A DNA stretch of 64,000 nt, taken from positions 21,459-85,458 of IMG/VR virus record IMGVR_UViG_3300034190_002401. The stretch is one strand, 5' to 3'. A program made the translations under genes and the position numbers. This DNA is from a virus. Positions 8,972 through 19,259 of the stretch are shown piece after piece (within the stretch, counting starts at the first letter, position 1; every line of letters starts with the position of its first letter). The notes under the pieces were generated by a model, which was given only the letters and a program-made list of their open reading frames with translations, was not told the DNA's origin and did no database searches.

Positions 8972-10450
8972 TCAGGGTATTAACCACCCTCCGCCGGACT
9001 GTTCCTTCCCGCCGAACATGCTGTCGAAGCCCGGCATATAATCATCTAGGAGGACAACCGTTCCTTTGAACTCCTTTGATGCCCAATTAGCGAGTGCCAA
9101 ACTCATCGCTAAGTCGTCATGAACACCCACGCTCTCAAGCCTGCCGTTCTTCTGCATGCCGAATCTGTTTAACTGACTCTCAACCTCATGTGTGTACTTC
9201 CTGCTTCTCTCGTCGCCGTATGGTAGTTTGATGTGCCCCTGCTCGAATGCTAGTAGTAGGGACATGAAGAGTGATTCCTTCTTTGCTCTGGTAGTCATGA
9301 AGACACGGATTGGCATGTCTGCCGCCATCTCCCTCATCTCCTGCTCAAGCATCCTCTGGAAGTTGTTACCCTCAAGTTCTATCAATTCTGGACTGAACTT
9401 GTTGTTGAGCATGACCATCATCCTCTTCTGAGCCATTGAGGACATACCACGCTCGTGTACGACGTGCACTATCTGCTTGAACTCCTCATCTGGAATCTGC
9501 CTCATGACAGTCATCGCTGTGAAGTCAGCGTTCTTGTCGGAGGATATGGCCGGGTCGTGTCCTATGAAGTGCTGACCGAACACACCGTCAGGCTCTCCCT
9601 CCTCGTTGTAGTTGGTCTCAGCCCTGTCTATCAGGGTGAGTTCGTTGTCCCTAGCGGCCTCCAGTATGTCCATCGGGAACATACTCGCCACGTCGTGGAT
9701 AGGCTCGCACAGATACTCACGGCTGAATTGTATGGCTGGCATGGAAAGCCTTCTCTGTTCCAGCGCTTCTATGTTCCAACGCTCAGGCCAGAGTGCTACA
9801 CCTTCGGCGTTTATCGCAGGGAAGGTCTCCACACGGAAGGTCTCCTTCTGCTCCAATTCCGCATACAGGTCGTTGTAACTGAATGGAGTTCCTACCATCA
9901 TGAGTTTGCTGCTGTGGTGGAGAACAGGGAGCAGTACACCGTAGAACCAGTCTGCTGTCCTCTGTAGTTCAGTACCGCTAGTGCCCCACAGGATATCGTC
10001 GCATACAACCACGTCAGGGTGGAAACCACGAGTAGCACCACCGACCGACTTGGCCATGATACGAGAGCCGTTGGAGAACTCGAAGTACGATTTAGCCCAA
10101 GGTCTGCCCTCTGGTATCAGACCACGAAGGCAATCGGTCCTGTCGATGTTGCTTTTTATGAAGCGCATGTGCTCAAGCGTCTGCTCAAGGGAGTGTGAGA
10201 AAATCATGATGTGCTTGCCGGGATTGAATGCAGCAAGCCACAATGCATAGGACATGAAGAACACGGACTTGCCGTGGTCACGAGATGCCTTCACGCAGTA
10301 GTACTGCGATTCCTCAAGCCCGTCCTTCCAAGATTGGTGATGACCGCTGAAGAGGAAACCGAGTATGTCAACGAAGAAGTACTCGAATGACTTCCTGCAC
10401 ATCTCCTTGTCCATCTGGATGATGAAGTCATCCATCGACTCGTCACTCAT
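8972..10450 (-). CDS. terL: Terminase large subunit
   Basis: Walker A ASRDHGKS, Walker B VVVCDD, coupling motif VGTP, nuclease motifs GHDPA and HDDLAMSLALA. Confidence 0.95.
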   Translation of the reverse strand: MSDESMDDFIIQMDKEMCRKSFEYFFVDILGFLFSGHHQSWKDGLEESQYYCVKASRDHGKSVFFMSYALWLAAFNPGKHIMIFSHSLEQTLEHMRFIKSNIDRTDCLRGLIPEGRPWAKSYFEFSNGSRIMAKSVGGATRGFHPDVVVCDDILWGTSGTELQRTADWFYGVLLPVLHHSSKLMMVGTPFSYNDLYAELEQKETFRVETFPAINAEGVALWPERWNIEALEQRRLSMPAIQFSREYLCEPIHDVASMFPMDILEAARDNELTLIDRAETNYNEEGEPDGVFGQHFIGHDPAISSDKNADFTAMTVMRQIPDEEFKQIVHVVHERGMSSMAQKRMMVMLNNKFSPELIELEGNNFQRMLEQEMREMAADMPIRVFMTTRAKKESLFMSLLLAFEQGHIKLPYGDERSRKYTHEVESQLNRFGMQKNGRLESVGVHDDLAMSLALANWASKEFKGTVVLLDDYMPGFDSMFGGKEQSGGGWLIP

Positions 10451-11415
10451 CGCATCACCGACTTCAATAACATAAAAGCCAGTTCCATCGGTTCTCCTGC
10501 GTTTTTCATATTATTCTGATAACCAAAATAACCAGCAGCGCCCTGTGCATCCATCTCAGCAACAAGGTCTTCAGGTGGTACTTGATTCGGGTCTACCGCC
10601 GCTTTTGCAGGAACACCAATTTGAGAAGAGCCGACTTTAGCATTCTGTGTTTGAAGAGGGGTTTGTTCGACCCCCGGTAGCATCTGACCCATCTGTTCCA
10701 TGGTCATGGTAGGCACTCCGGCAGAGCCGGTTGGTGTCTGGTAAACTTGGTCAGCATATGACTGTCCTGCTCTAACATCAGGATTAGGAGCGACATTTTG
10801 CAGCATTGATGGGTCTACGTTGCCTAGTCCTGCTGCTCCAAGACCGGTAGGTGCTGCTGGTGCTGCTGGGTTGAACATATTTCTCTGTATACCCTTTTGA
10901 CCTGATACCACTTGATTACCTCCGGGCATGGGTGTGCCGTATATTCCCAGTTGGAAGTTTTCTGGTATGTTGAAGTCCGGCGAGGCGGCAGGTTGTGCTG
11001 CTCTTTCTCTACGTACTGCTACTTGAGTATCATAATGCTGCGGAGGGGCAACATTACCACCGGGTGGCATTTGGGCGTTGAACGCTTCCATTCCCATTCG
11101 ATTTGCCCTTTCTAACTTCTTTTTCTCTTTGTGCTGTTCTCTAGCCTCAACACCAGAATCTATGGTTTTACCTGCTCCGAGATAAGTACCTACACCACGA
11201 CCAGCAGCCGTTTGTGCTGCGCTGAATGCATCCTGCTGGTTCTCGCTTGCATCTGCTAGGGATGTCAGTGCTGAAAGTCCACCGAGAGCACCACCTACAA
11301 TTTTTCCGGGTTTGGTCTTAACTCTGAATAGGTCTTGGAGTGCTTGTCCCCCGTAGGCGTTTGCTAGAGATGTCATAGCACTAGGGGACTTGACCAGAAC
11401 CTTGCCTTTCTTCAT
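10447..11415 (-). CDS. Low-complexity Gly/Ala/Pro/Gln-rich putative virion or ejection protein
   Basis: Start re-called at ATG 11415 (overlaps the upstream TGA). C-terminal PMELAFMLLKS motif. Confidence 0.7.
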   Translation of the reverse strand: MKKGKVLVKSPSAMTSLANAYGGQALQDLFRVKTKPGKIVGGALGGLSALTSLADASENQQDAFSAAQTAAGRGVGTYLGAGKTIDSGVEAREQHKEKKKLERANRMGMEAFNAQMPPGGNVAPPQHYDTQVAVRRERAAQPAASPDFNIPENFQLGIYGTPMPGGNQVVSGQKGIQRNMFNPAAPAAPTGLGAAGLGNVDPSMLQNVAPNPDVRAGQSYADQVYQTPTGSAGVPTMTMEQMGQMLPGVEQTPLQTQNAKVGSSQIGVPAKAAVDPNQVPPEDLVAEMDAQGAAGYFGYQNNMKNAGEPMELAFMLLKSVMR

Positions 11416-13655
11416 CACTCTCCCCCCAGTGTGACCTTGACCACCTTGACTACTGATGGTTTGATTTTGTATGCCTTGGCAATCCTGTCCCAATCGCCCT
11501 TGCTGTTGGATATGGTTCTGACATCCTGCTTGGTGATACCGAGTTTCATGGCGAGGAATGACACGTCATCCTCCTTGTTGGCACTCAACTTCTCCTTGGG
11601 CATCTGCTTGAGCACAGCCACGTCCCTTTTAGCCTCAAGCATCTGGACTCTTTCCATTGCTTTCACCAGTCTGTCTTCGATGGATAGTGTATCGAAACTG
11701 GTTGCCACTGGGAAGGAGTCAGTCAACTTTGTTTGATAAGGGCTTTGTGAAGCACCAAAAGTTTTGACTGCTTCCATGAGTTTTTGCCTTTGCTGCTCGT
11801 CAAGAGAAAGAGGGTCTACTGGTTGCTTACCAGTCTGTTGGAAATACGATGGAAGACCGAACATTGGCTCTTTTTGCATTCTTCTGGATATAGCCTCTCC
11901 TACTTTCTTCCGGTATTCGTCATCCATACTAGCGAAATCAGGTGGTGCTGCTTCGGGTTGTGCTTCTGGTTTCGCCATCGGCTCTGAGTCGTCTGCCGCT
12001 AGCGGAGAGTCGTATGCCTCTGTCATTGCGCTCGGCACGAAGTAGTTCTGCATGTGCTCAGGCAGTGGTCTGTTGACATCGAGGTGACCATCTAGATACT
12101 TGGGGACTAGACCGGGAGCGGCCTCGCCTGACACAGGTGCGAACTCACGCACCGTGCCACCGTGACCCAATGTGACGAGAGAACCTAAGAGGGAGAACAT
12201 GTCTTTCTGACTCTGAGAGGTCTCATGAGCAGGCTCTTCTTGGGCGAAGTTAGTGAGAGCGTCTAAACTTCCTATGACACCTGAGAGTGCGAGGAACTCG
12301 GCTGCTGGCATATGAACCGCCTTGCCCTTCTTCTCGTGAGTTCCCAGAGTGTTACCGGCAGTGACCCTCTCCATTGCGTTGTCGAACATCTGCTGTCCTT
12401 GCCCCTTCAAATCGGGGTGTCCTATCAGGGTATCTTTGAGAGTATTCACCAACTTATTGACACGTGATGTCTTCTGAGCGGGGTTGCCGAGCATGAATTG
12501 AAGAGCATCAGGACTCATGGCCATCTGGTCTATCAAATTATCAAGTTTGGGAAACTTCTTTCCAAATCTAGTCTCCTCGTATATCTCCCTGACTGTAGGT
12601 CCTTCAACAGGACCTGATGGGTCTTGTCTCGTGAATATGGGAACGTCTAGCATCTCGGTGTTGTTCTTGTTGAGATTGGAGACAATCGCTGGTAGCAATT
12701 TTAACATGTATTCACGATAGTTTTCTTTCTTTATATTAGTGCCACCCGGATTCTTTACTCCCTCTCCATATTCGGGAAGAGGATTGAAGATGTCAAGAGG
12801 CATGTGTTGAATCATCTCCCAGTTGTGAACGTTGTCGTGCACCACATCACCTACGGATGAGTGTCCCAGCATCTCCCTGAACTCAGGTGGTAGTGTCATG
12901 TCATCTGCTAGGTTCTCACCGACCACGCCTCTCAGTCTCCTAGTGTTGGGGGATATGTGCCTGCCTGAGATGTAGCCATGCGTGATTCCCTCATCGAAGT
13001 TTGATTTGTAGTTGAAGTCCTCCTTGAGAGTATTATGTAGATAGGGTGCGAATGGTATCCTGTACGACTCAGGGTGCTGTGCTAGACCCTGCTTGGAGTG
13101 CTTGAGACGGGCATCGCTGCTCATGTTGAGGTTGATGAAAGTGCCACCCTTGCCACGAGCGGAGAACTGGTTCGCCTGCTCTGTAGTTTTCGGACTGGAG
13201 AAATCACCCTTGGTCAGCCTCCTCCATTCTGGTGACATGATGTCCTCAGGCAGGCTCTGGTTCTTCGCATCCTGATGGTCTTCGTTGTAGTCGCCTATCG
13301 CATCGCTGATTATCTCCCTAGCGAGTTTACCATTGCCGACTATCTTGGACACCTTCGCTATCAGTGCGTCGATTCCGTGTCGGTGCTCGTTGCCGTGTAT
13401 GTCGGTGTAGACGTGCTCGCCATCAGCCCCCATTCCCCAATCTCCCTCTGCTGCCCTGTCACCGTATCTGGCGTTCTTGGGGAGGTCGTATCCCATGTCA
13501 TTGGTGGGGTTGAGGTCGTGGTACTGGTCTGGGTGAGTGTCTCCTAAGAACACCAACTCACCAGTGAGAGGGTCAACGGTGTACGTTCCCTCTCCCTTTC
13601 TGAGCATGCCACTTGCGAGTAAGGCATGTGTGACGGATTTGAAAAGCAGGCTCAT
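11415..13655 (-). CDS. Large putative virion protein with an HTH-like C-terminus
   Basis: 746 aa, coupled to both neighbours; LAMKLGITKQDVRTI is HTH-like. Confidence 0.75.
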   Translation of the reverse strand: MSLLFKSVTHALLASGMLRKGEGTYTVDPLTGELVFLGDTHPDQYHDLNPTNDMGYDLPKNARYGDRAAEGDWGMGADGEHVYTDIHGNEHRHGIDALIAKVSKIVGNGKLAREIISDAIGDYNEDHQDAKNQSLPEDIMSPEWRRLTKGDFSSPKTTEQANQFSARGKGGTFINLNMSSDARLKHSKQGLAQHPESYRIPFAPYLHNTLKEDFNYKSNFDEGITHGYISGRHISPNTRRLRGVVGENLADDMTLPPEFREMLGHSSVGDVVHDNVHNWEMIQHMPLDIFNPLPEYGEGVKNPGGTNIKKENYREYMLKLLPAIVSNLNKNNTEMLDVPIFTRQDPSGPVEGPTVREIYEETRFGKKFPKLDNLIDQMAMSPDALQFMLGNPAQKTSRVNKLVNTLKDTLIGHPDLKGQGQQMFDNAMERVTAGNTLGTHEKKGKAVHMPAAEFLALSGVIGSLDALTNFAQEEPAHETSQSQKDMFSLLGSLVTLGHGGTVREFAPVSGEAAPGLVPKYLDGHLDVNRPLPEHMQNYFVPSAMTEAYDSPLAADDSEPMAKPEAQPEAAPPDFASMDDEYRKKVGEAISRRMQKEPMFGLPSYFQQTGKQPVDPLSLDEQQRQKLMEAVKTFGASQSPYQTKLTDSFPVATSFDTLSIEDRLVKAMERVQMLEAKRDVAVLKQMPKEKLSANKEDDVSFLAMKLGITKQDVRTISNSKGDWDRIAKAYKIKPSVVKVVKVTLGGE

Positions 13656-14971
13656 GCTGTTCGACCCGCCCTGCTGGTGTAGATACCAACAGGGTCAGCA
13701 CCATGCATCTCCTCTTCCTCTATGTTCTCTGTTGGTCCATTGGGTTTGCTGGTCTGGTCTCTTGAGTTAGAGGGGTGTTTTGGTAGATTAGAACCACCAC
13801 CTGAAGTGTCCTTGTCTCCCTTCCCTTTCTTCTTGTTCTCCTTCCTGTCAAGTAGCCTTGCCACCTTTTGTGCGAGTATCCTCAGTTCCTGCTTGTCTCC
13901 CCATGTCGTCTTTCGACTCTTGCCTATCATCGACATTGATTGATTAGACATTCTAGGGGAGAAGGATTGTGTAGAGCCACCCATGTTGAGATGCGGCATA
14001 CCACTGATTCTAGGTGGTACTATTGGAGGAGCACGGTGTGGTTTCAGTCTAGGTCTTGGGACTTTCGGCCTCATCTCACCCGGTAGTTTGGATTGGATTG
14101 TACCTGCACCGGTCTCACCTGCCTTGTACGACCTAGGGTTCTTCGGATTGGGTGTTGACTCTGTGACTCTGACGTTTCCTGTTCTTTTCCTACCACCTTG
14201 AGCACCCATGTAACTCCTGTATGCACCGGGGTCTTTGCTCATCGGTTGTTTGGTTGCGATGGCTCTGTGTTCCATCTCGACGGAGAGTGGCGCTTGCATC
14301 ATTCCTCTTTTCTTGCCTCTCGTGACACCTCTTCTCTTGGCCTTGTACGAACGCTCGGTGGCGTTGATACCACCACTCATCCCTCCCGGTCCTGTCTTGA
14401 ACTGCCCTGTGCTGGGCTTGAACTTCTTTCTCCTCTCCTGCACCGCTTCCTTGTCGTCTGCTCTACCTGACTCACTGAGTGGTCTGAGCATAGCGGTATC
14501 CGCATTCTCACCGAATGACTTGAGCAATGAGGACCAAGCATTCTCCATTGGTTCACTTGTGAATACCGGGTGGCCGTATGCCGCTCCCGGTCCTTTTGCC
14601 TGATTTGCTAAACTGGTCATGAACCCACCATTGCCGGGCGGTCCAGTGAATGCGTTGATTTCTCCCTCGTTCGTCAATCTACCTGACAGGCTTCTGGGGT
14701 CTTCTTCGGTATCGTCTCTCGTTTCTGATGGGTCGTCCTTGAATTGTTGGAGCATAGCAGGTGTGACCTTGACGTGTTTTCTGTTCTTGAGTTTCTTCTC
14801 CTGCATGTCCTGCTCCTTCTGCTTCTTCTCCTTCTCAGCATCTAGATACTCAGGGTCACCGGGGTTGTAGCGACTCTCGTATCCATCGTTGTACCTGAAC
14901 ATCGTGGATGATTCGCTTCTTGAGTTGTATAGTCTGGTATCGCTACCACGACCCATCATTCCCTCGGTCAT
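13652..14971 (-). CDS. Basic, largely disordered putative internal head protein
   Basis: 439 aa, rich in K/R/G/P; internal PMENAWSSLLKS motif. Confidence 0.75.
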   Translation of the reverse strand: MTEGMMGRGSDTRLYNSRSESSTMFRYNDGYESRYNPGDPEYLDAEKEKKQKEQDMQEKKLKNRKHVKVTPAMLQQFKDDPSETRDDTEEDPRSLSGRLTNEGEINAFTGPPGNGGFMTSLANQAKGPGAAYGHPVFTSEPMENAWSSLLKSFGENADTAMLRPLSESGRADDKEAVQERRKKFKPSTGQFKTGPGGMSGGINATERSYKAKRRGVTRGKKRGMMQAPLSVEMEHRAIATKQPMSKDPGAYRSYMGAQGGRKRTGNVRVTESTPNPKNPRSYKAGETGAGTIQSKLPGEMRPKVPRPRLKPHRAPPIVPPRISGMPHLNMGGSTQSFSPRMSNQSMSMIGKSRKTTWGDKQELRILAQKVARLLDRKENKKKGKGDKDTSGGGSNLPKHPSNSRDQTSKPNGPTENIEEEEMHGADPVGIYTSRAGRTA

Positions 14972-15387
14972 ATCGCCTCAGTCTCCCCCATCATGGAGTT
15001 AGCGGTCTGTGATATAGCATCTGATAGTTCGATGTAAAACGACTTGACGAATGGCGGGTTGGTGAAGCACTTGCCCATTCTCCTGCATTCGTCCTCGAAG
15101 AGCGGTAGTAGTGATTTGAGATTGTCCCTCACTGGCCAAACCGTCACTGGGTCGTCATCCTCAGATAGGGTCTTCAAAGCATCCACTATGTCATTGAGGA
15201 ACGATGAGTACTCAAGGTTGCCATATGAATCTCGATTGACGTAGAACTTGAATCTCTTGTACACCAAAGTGGCGTAGTCTAGTAGTACGGGTAGTTCGTT
15301 TTCATTGATTACCCTACCATTCTTGATGAGTCTGTAGCCCGGATGGGACATCTGTAGTAAATCAGTAATTACTATTCTCTGCTCCAT
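14968..15387 (-). CDS. Hypothetical protein
   Basis: 139-aa ORF with a GGTGG RBS, coupled to the next gene. Confidence 0.7.
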   Translation of the reverse strand: MEQRIVITDLLQMSHPGYRLIKNGRVINENELPVLLDYATLVYKRFKFYVNRDSYGNLEYSSFLNDIVDALKTLSEDDDPVTVWPVRDNLKSLLPLFEDECRRMGKCFTNPPFVKSFYIELSDAISQTANSMMGETEAI

Positions 15388-15396
15388 CTCCCCACC

Positions 15397-16074
15397 TCAC
15401 TCGCCTTGCTGTTCCAATAACTGCTCTTTAATCCTCTTCCAACTATCAGGGCTTTCCTTTGCTAATTCGACTTTTAGTATGTTAAACGTCTGGTTGATTT
15501 GAGTACCATCACTGTCTGCCCCCCAACTGTCATTTAACTTCACTAGGTCTTTGATGCTCTCCCTCACCTCTTTGTGTAGTTTCACTGCATCACCGACGAA
15601 ACCATCTTCATGCACACTACCGTAATCTAACAACTCATTGAACTTGTCGTTGAGTTTCTCAACATTAGTACGGAGAACATTGACTTCTTGACCTAGAGTG
15701 ATAGCGACCTCGAATGCTGCTGCCTTCTTGACGAGAGGCTGGAAGTGGTGTTTCATGTGGTGATAGACGGAGTTCTCAGAGCATCCAATGACTTCTGCTA
15801 TATCCTCACTAGGCAGTATACCCTCGAAGTATCCTGTCTCGAACTCCCCTCTCCTGTCATGTGTGCAAACCACACAGGAATGGTTGGAATCCATGTGATA
15901 CTCACCCATGTGATTCTTGAAGTGACGGTCTGCTGTATTGGCCCTCCAATTCATGTCTTTATCCAGTTGCTTACAACTGATTTCACCGTTCAAGAGAGAC
16001 TGTTCTAGTTGCTCTCTATCATCAGATTGGCAAAAGGCGCAGGACCTCTTGACCACTCGCTCTCGCTCGGTCAC
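15397..16074 (-). CDS. Tandem Zn-finger/HTH protein, candidate terminase small subunit
   Basis: Two CxxC...HxxxH repeats with an HTH (EDIAEVIGCSENSVYHH), followed by a coiled coil. Confidence 0.55.
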   Translation of the reverse strand: MTERERVVKRSCAFCQSDDREQLEQSLLNGEISCKQLDKDMNWRANTADRHFKNHMGEYHMDSNHSCVVCTHDRRGEFETGYFEGILPSEDIAEVIGCSENSVYHHMKHHFQPLVKKAAAFEVAITLGQEVNVLRTNVEKLNDKFNELLDYGSVHEDGFVGDAVKLHKEVRESIKDLVKLNDSWGADSDGTQINQTFNILKVELAKESPDSWKRIKEQLLEQQGE

Positions 16075-16122
16075 GAGTGACCGGAGGTATAATCACCAAA
16101 TGAACGTTGTTGATTTATAGAT

Positions 16123-16389
16123 TTACATCCGACTTATTCTGGTGTATATCGTAGTCAGTCCCATCATGGAGATAAATATCGCAATCATAGCCATTGAAGC
16201 ATCAGTTTGACTGATGTCAGAGGCCTTGAAGACCAAAACGAAAAGCATGACGAGTATTGCGCTGATGAGTTGAATCATCACCATGTCGATAATGACGCTT
16301 CTCTTGTGGGAGAACATGTTTAACGACAAGTTGGCCACTTGGTTCGGCACTCCTAGGGGAAGCGAACCTCTGCTAGGTCCTGACATCAT
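16123..16389 (-). CDS. Small two-TM membrane protein (holin-like)
   Basis: Two hydrophobic helices: IIDMVMIQLISAILVMLFVLVF and AMIAIFISMMGLTTIY. Confidence 0.7.
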   Translation of the reverse strand: MMSGPSRGSLPLGVPNQVANLSLNMFSHKRSVIIDMVMIQLISAILVMLFVLVFKASDISQTDASMAMIAIFISMMGLTTIYTRISRM

Positions 16390-17027
16390 ACTCTACCCCC
16401 GAATAGTGCTCTGTTGATGAAACCACCAGTGGCTTGTCCTACCGATTCCATCATACCGGGGTCTGCTAATGCTGTGTTCAACATACCCTGCATGAGAGAT
16501 TGGTCAGCCATCTGTAGTATCTGCTGTCTCTCAGCCTCAGCCTTCTGTATTATCTGCATGGATGTATTCTGTAGACTGTTTAGTTGTGCTATAATATTCT
16601 CAGCACTTAGAGTTTGTAGGTCGCTAGGCATAGAAGTGACATCAAGTGAGAGACTACCTGTAGTCTCGTCCATAATGAACTTGGAGTTCTTCAACACGTT
16701 GAGAAGCGAGAATGTAGTGATATTCGACAGCATCTCGATGAATATAGGCATGTTCTGACTGATGATGAACTTGTCAATTGGTTGAATTGTGTTGAGCATC
16801 GAAGCCAGAATCTGAGTTTCCGAAGGTGGGGCTATTGGTGTGTTGTATTGTTGAGGAGATATACCTGCTCCCCCTAGAATACCACCCATTAGAGGGGAAG
16901 TGCCGTATGAATTAGGAGCATACCCGTTTTGCATGGGTTGTTGACCGAAAGTGTTTGATTGACCAGTGCCTAGACTAAGCGAGGAGGTGTTTTGAGTGCC
17001 CCCTAGATTTGAGAGTCCTAATGTCAT
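16386..17027 (-). CDS. Hypothetical Gln/Ser/Gly-rich protein
   Basis: 213-aa ORF, coupled by ATGA overlaps. Confidence 0.7.
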   Translation of the reverse strand: MTLGLSNLGGTQNTSSLSLGTGQSNTFGQQPMQNGYAPNSYGTSPLMGGILGGAGISPQQYNTPIAPPSETQILASMLNTIQPIDKFIISQNMPIFIEMLSNITTFSLLNVLKNSKFIMDETTGSLSLDVTSMPSDLQTLSAENIIAQLNSLQNTSMQIIQKAEAERQQILQMADQSLMQGMLNTALADPGMMESVGQATGGFINRALFGGRV

Positions 17028-18058
17028 TGTATCACCTCTGCTGGGTTTGCTGCTGTTGCTATAGTGGGCACTACCGGAGGCGGTGCTTGCATAGTCGCAG
17101 CGGGGTTCAGGGTTTGAGCCTGTTGGTTGAGAACTGTATTGAACGCTTGTTGTGCTGCTAATTGTTGTTCATGTGCCTCTCTTTGAAACATTCTCATGTC
17201 AAATTGCACCATGGTGATGTCATTTGAGCCTGTTTCTGGATTTGGTATGTGCCATACGTTGATTCCCTTCGTTCTCTGTGAGTCTTTCTCAATCTCTTGG
17301 AAGAAAGGCTCGTACTTCTGAACTAAGTCGGGTGCTCTAACCTCGTTGGATTGCAGTGATGACACTGGTATAGTAACTAGACTGACTCCTTTCTTCACCT
17401 TGTCCTTGAATCTGCTAGGTCTCATCTCATCTTCCTTGTCTTGAGCGTCTTCCCATTTGCAGAGCAGGTGATAGAGATGTAGATGTTCAGGGCAGTATGT
17501 ACCTTTGAGAGTCTTACCGCTGGTTACTCCACTCCTCGCTAAGAATGCTTCAGTTTGTCCTGAAATAGGATTCTGCCAGTACATGTCCCAAAGACTTCTA
17601 CCTGTGTCTTCGTCTGTGATTCTCGCATAGAGGTTGTCATATTCTATGAGTTGCTTGCAATCACAACCATCGACAACACAAGTGCCGCTGTCTTTGGTGT
17701 ATCTGTATGGACTTCCCAACCACCTTCTTGGGTCTAAAACAGACCTCCTTGTTGGTTTGAGTAGTCTGTATGCCTGTTTGATGTCTTTTCTTCTGGCTTT
17801 GCGAGGGTCAGCGTGATTAGAGGGGTAGAAGTTCACTTTTGGAACTTCGAGATTCTTCTGTCCTGCTATCTGCTGCATCTGCTGCTGCGCTATTGCTTGT
17901 TCCATAATCGCTGCTTGATTAAACTGAGGATTGCCCATTTGGGCCATGTTCAACATTGCTGCGTCATTCAAATTGCTTAGACTCTGAGTTTGCATCGGAG
18001 TTCTTGTTATTGTGCGATACATATTATCGGGTACATCTAAGAGACCGCCTACCATCAT
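17024..18058 (-). CDS. Hypothetical protein with a putative Zn site
   Basis: CVVDGC...CPEH, with Gln-rich ends. Confidence 0.7.
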   Translation of the reverse strand: MMVGGLLDVPDNMYRTITRTPMQTQSLSNLNDAAMLNMAQMGNPQFNQAAIMEQAIAQQQMQQIAGQKNLEVPKVNFYPSNHADPRKARRKDIKQAYRLLKPTRRSVLDPRRWLGSPYRYTKDSGTCVVDGCDCKQLIEYDNLYARITDEDTGRSLWDMYWQNPISGQTEAFLARSGVTSGKTLKGTYCPEHLHLYHLLCKWEDAQDKEDEMRPSRFKDKVKKGVSLVTIPVSSLQSNEVRAPDLVQKYEPFFQEIEKDSQRTKGINVWHIPNPETGSNDITMVQFDMRMFQREAHEQQLAAQQAFNTVLNQQAQTLNPAATMQAPPPVVPTIATAANPAEVIQ

Positions 18059-18240
18059 TCAACCTCCGCTGGTGTCACATGAATAGACATTTGCCCGTTT
18101 TCTGCCGATAAACGCCATTCTAATTTACTTCCAGCAGTCATACCAAACTGCTGAACAATCCACATAGGTATAGTAGTTCTAAGTGAGTTACTACCCCCTC
18201 CTGTGGGGACGAGTGTTGTGGTAGTCTTACCCTTCGCCAT
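18055..18240 (-). CDS. AbrB/MazE/SpoVT-family DNA-binding protein
   Basis: SLRTTIPMWIVQQFGMTAGSKLEW is a swapped-hairpin signature; start re-called at ATG 18240. Confidence 0.8.
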   Translation of the reverse strand: MAKGKTTTTLVPTGGGSNSLRTTIPMWIVQQFGMTAGSKLEWRLSAENGQMSIHVTPAEVE

Positions 18241-18275
18241 GGAGGTCGCACACCCTACTACATCAAAAAGGTCAC

Positions 18276-18989
18276 TCAAGAGGTCAAGAGTTCTACTAGG
18301 GTTGGTTCAACATTCCAACCCACACGAGTAGCCATGAAAGCACGCTTTGTTGGTAACCTTGCTTTCTGCAAGCGAATTAGGTCATCTCTGAAGGGGTCGA
18401 ATATCTTGTGCTCACCTATTCTGTTCTGCTGCCATAGTTCAGCAGCCTTCTTGTCGAAGAACCTGTCTGCCTTATTAGCCACTAACATGACCATTCTGGG
18501 TGTGTATTTCTTTCCCTTCAATCTGCTTCTGAGAGTTCTATATCTGTAGTCTCTCTGGATAAGTCTATCTACAAGATATTTGAAACCAGCAACTTGCTCT
18601 GCGCCTTCAGGCCCACCAGCAAAGGCTCTGTCATCAAACACAAACATGACACATTCCACTTGTCTAGACACCATATCGTCAATCCACAGATTCCAGAATC
18701 TCTCTTGACCACCTATGTCTGCTGAGTATACCACTCTCTTTTCGCCTTGCCAAGATATTCTCTTCCTAGTGGGTTTTGGTAGCATATACCTTGTTAGTAA
18801 CTTGAAATGTTTGGTTCTCTCATCCTCGTGTATCTCTTCCATCTCACCGGGAGTGGTCATATAGCGGTCTAATGTGGTCTTGCCAACCATGCTAGTGCCG
18901 TAGATACCGACTTTTCTTGGCTTCCATGAGTTGTAGAGGTGTTGTCCGTATATGGCTACACCAACGAGTACACTCCCCCCGCCTACCAT
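18276..18989 (-). CDS. Small Ras/Arf-superfamily GTPase
   Basis: G1 GTSMVGKT, G3 DIGGQ (DIGGQERF, Arf/Rab-like), G4 NKAD; hydrophobic N-terminus. Confidence 0.9.
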   Translation of the reverse strand: MVGGGSVLVGVAIYGQHLYNSWKPRKVGIYGTSMVGKTTLDRYMTTPGEMEEIHEDERTKHFKLLTRYMLPKPTRKRISWQGEKRVVYSADIGGQERFWNLWIDDMVSRQVECVMFVFDDRAFAGGPEGAEQVAGFKYLVDRLIQRDYRYRTLRSRLKGKKYTPRMVMLVANKADRFFDKKAAELWQQNRIGEHKIFDPFRDDLIRLQKARLPTKRAFMATRVGWNVEPTLVELLTS

Positions 18990-18998
18990 TTACTTCAC

Positions 18999-19259
18999 CT
19001 AGTTGGGCAATTTAGAGTAGAGCCAATCAGCAAAACCCTCAACCTGCTGATATGTCCACTCAACTGTCCAACCCCAAAGCGTGAAATCACTGTATGATTC
19101 CATTGCACTAACTGCTAGCGATGCTCCTAGTGCCGCAAGTATGGTTCTAAGCCAACCGACACCCCATTCGTAGGTGTTATCAACAGTGTTAGCAAGGTGC
19201 ATTGCGCGTAGAGTTTCCTCTACAGAGTCGTCTTTTGGAGTCTTGAATATCCTACCCAT
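18999..19259 (-). CDS. Small membrane protein
   Basis: Hydrophobic, Trp-rich WGVGWLRTILAALGASLAVSAM segment. Confidence 0.7.
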   Translation of the reverse strand: MGRIFKTPKDDSVEETLRAMHLANTVDNTYEWGVGWLRTILAALGASLAVSAMESYSDFTLWGWTVEWTYQQVEGFADWLYSKLPN

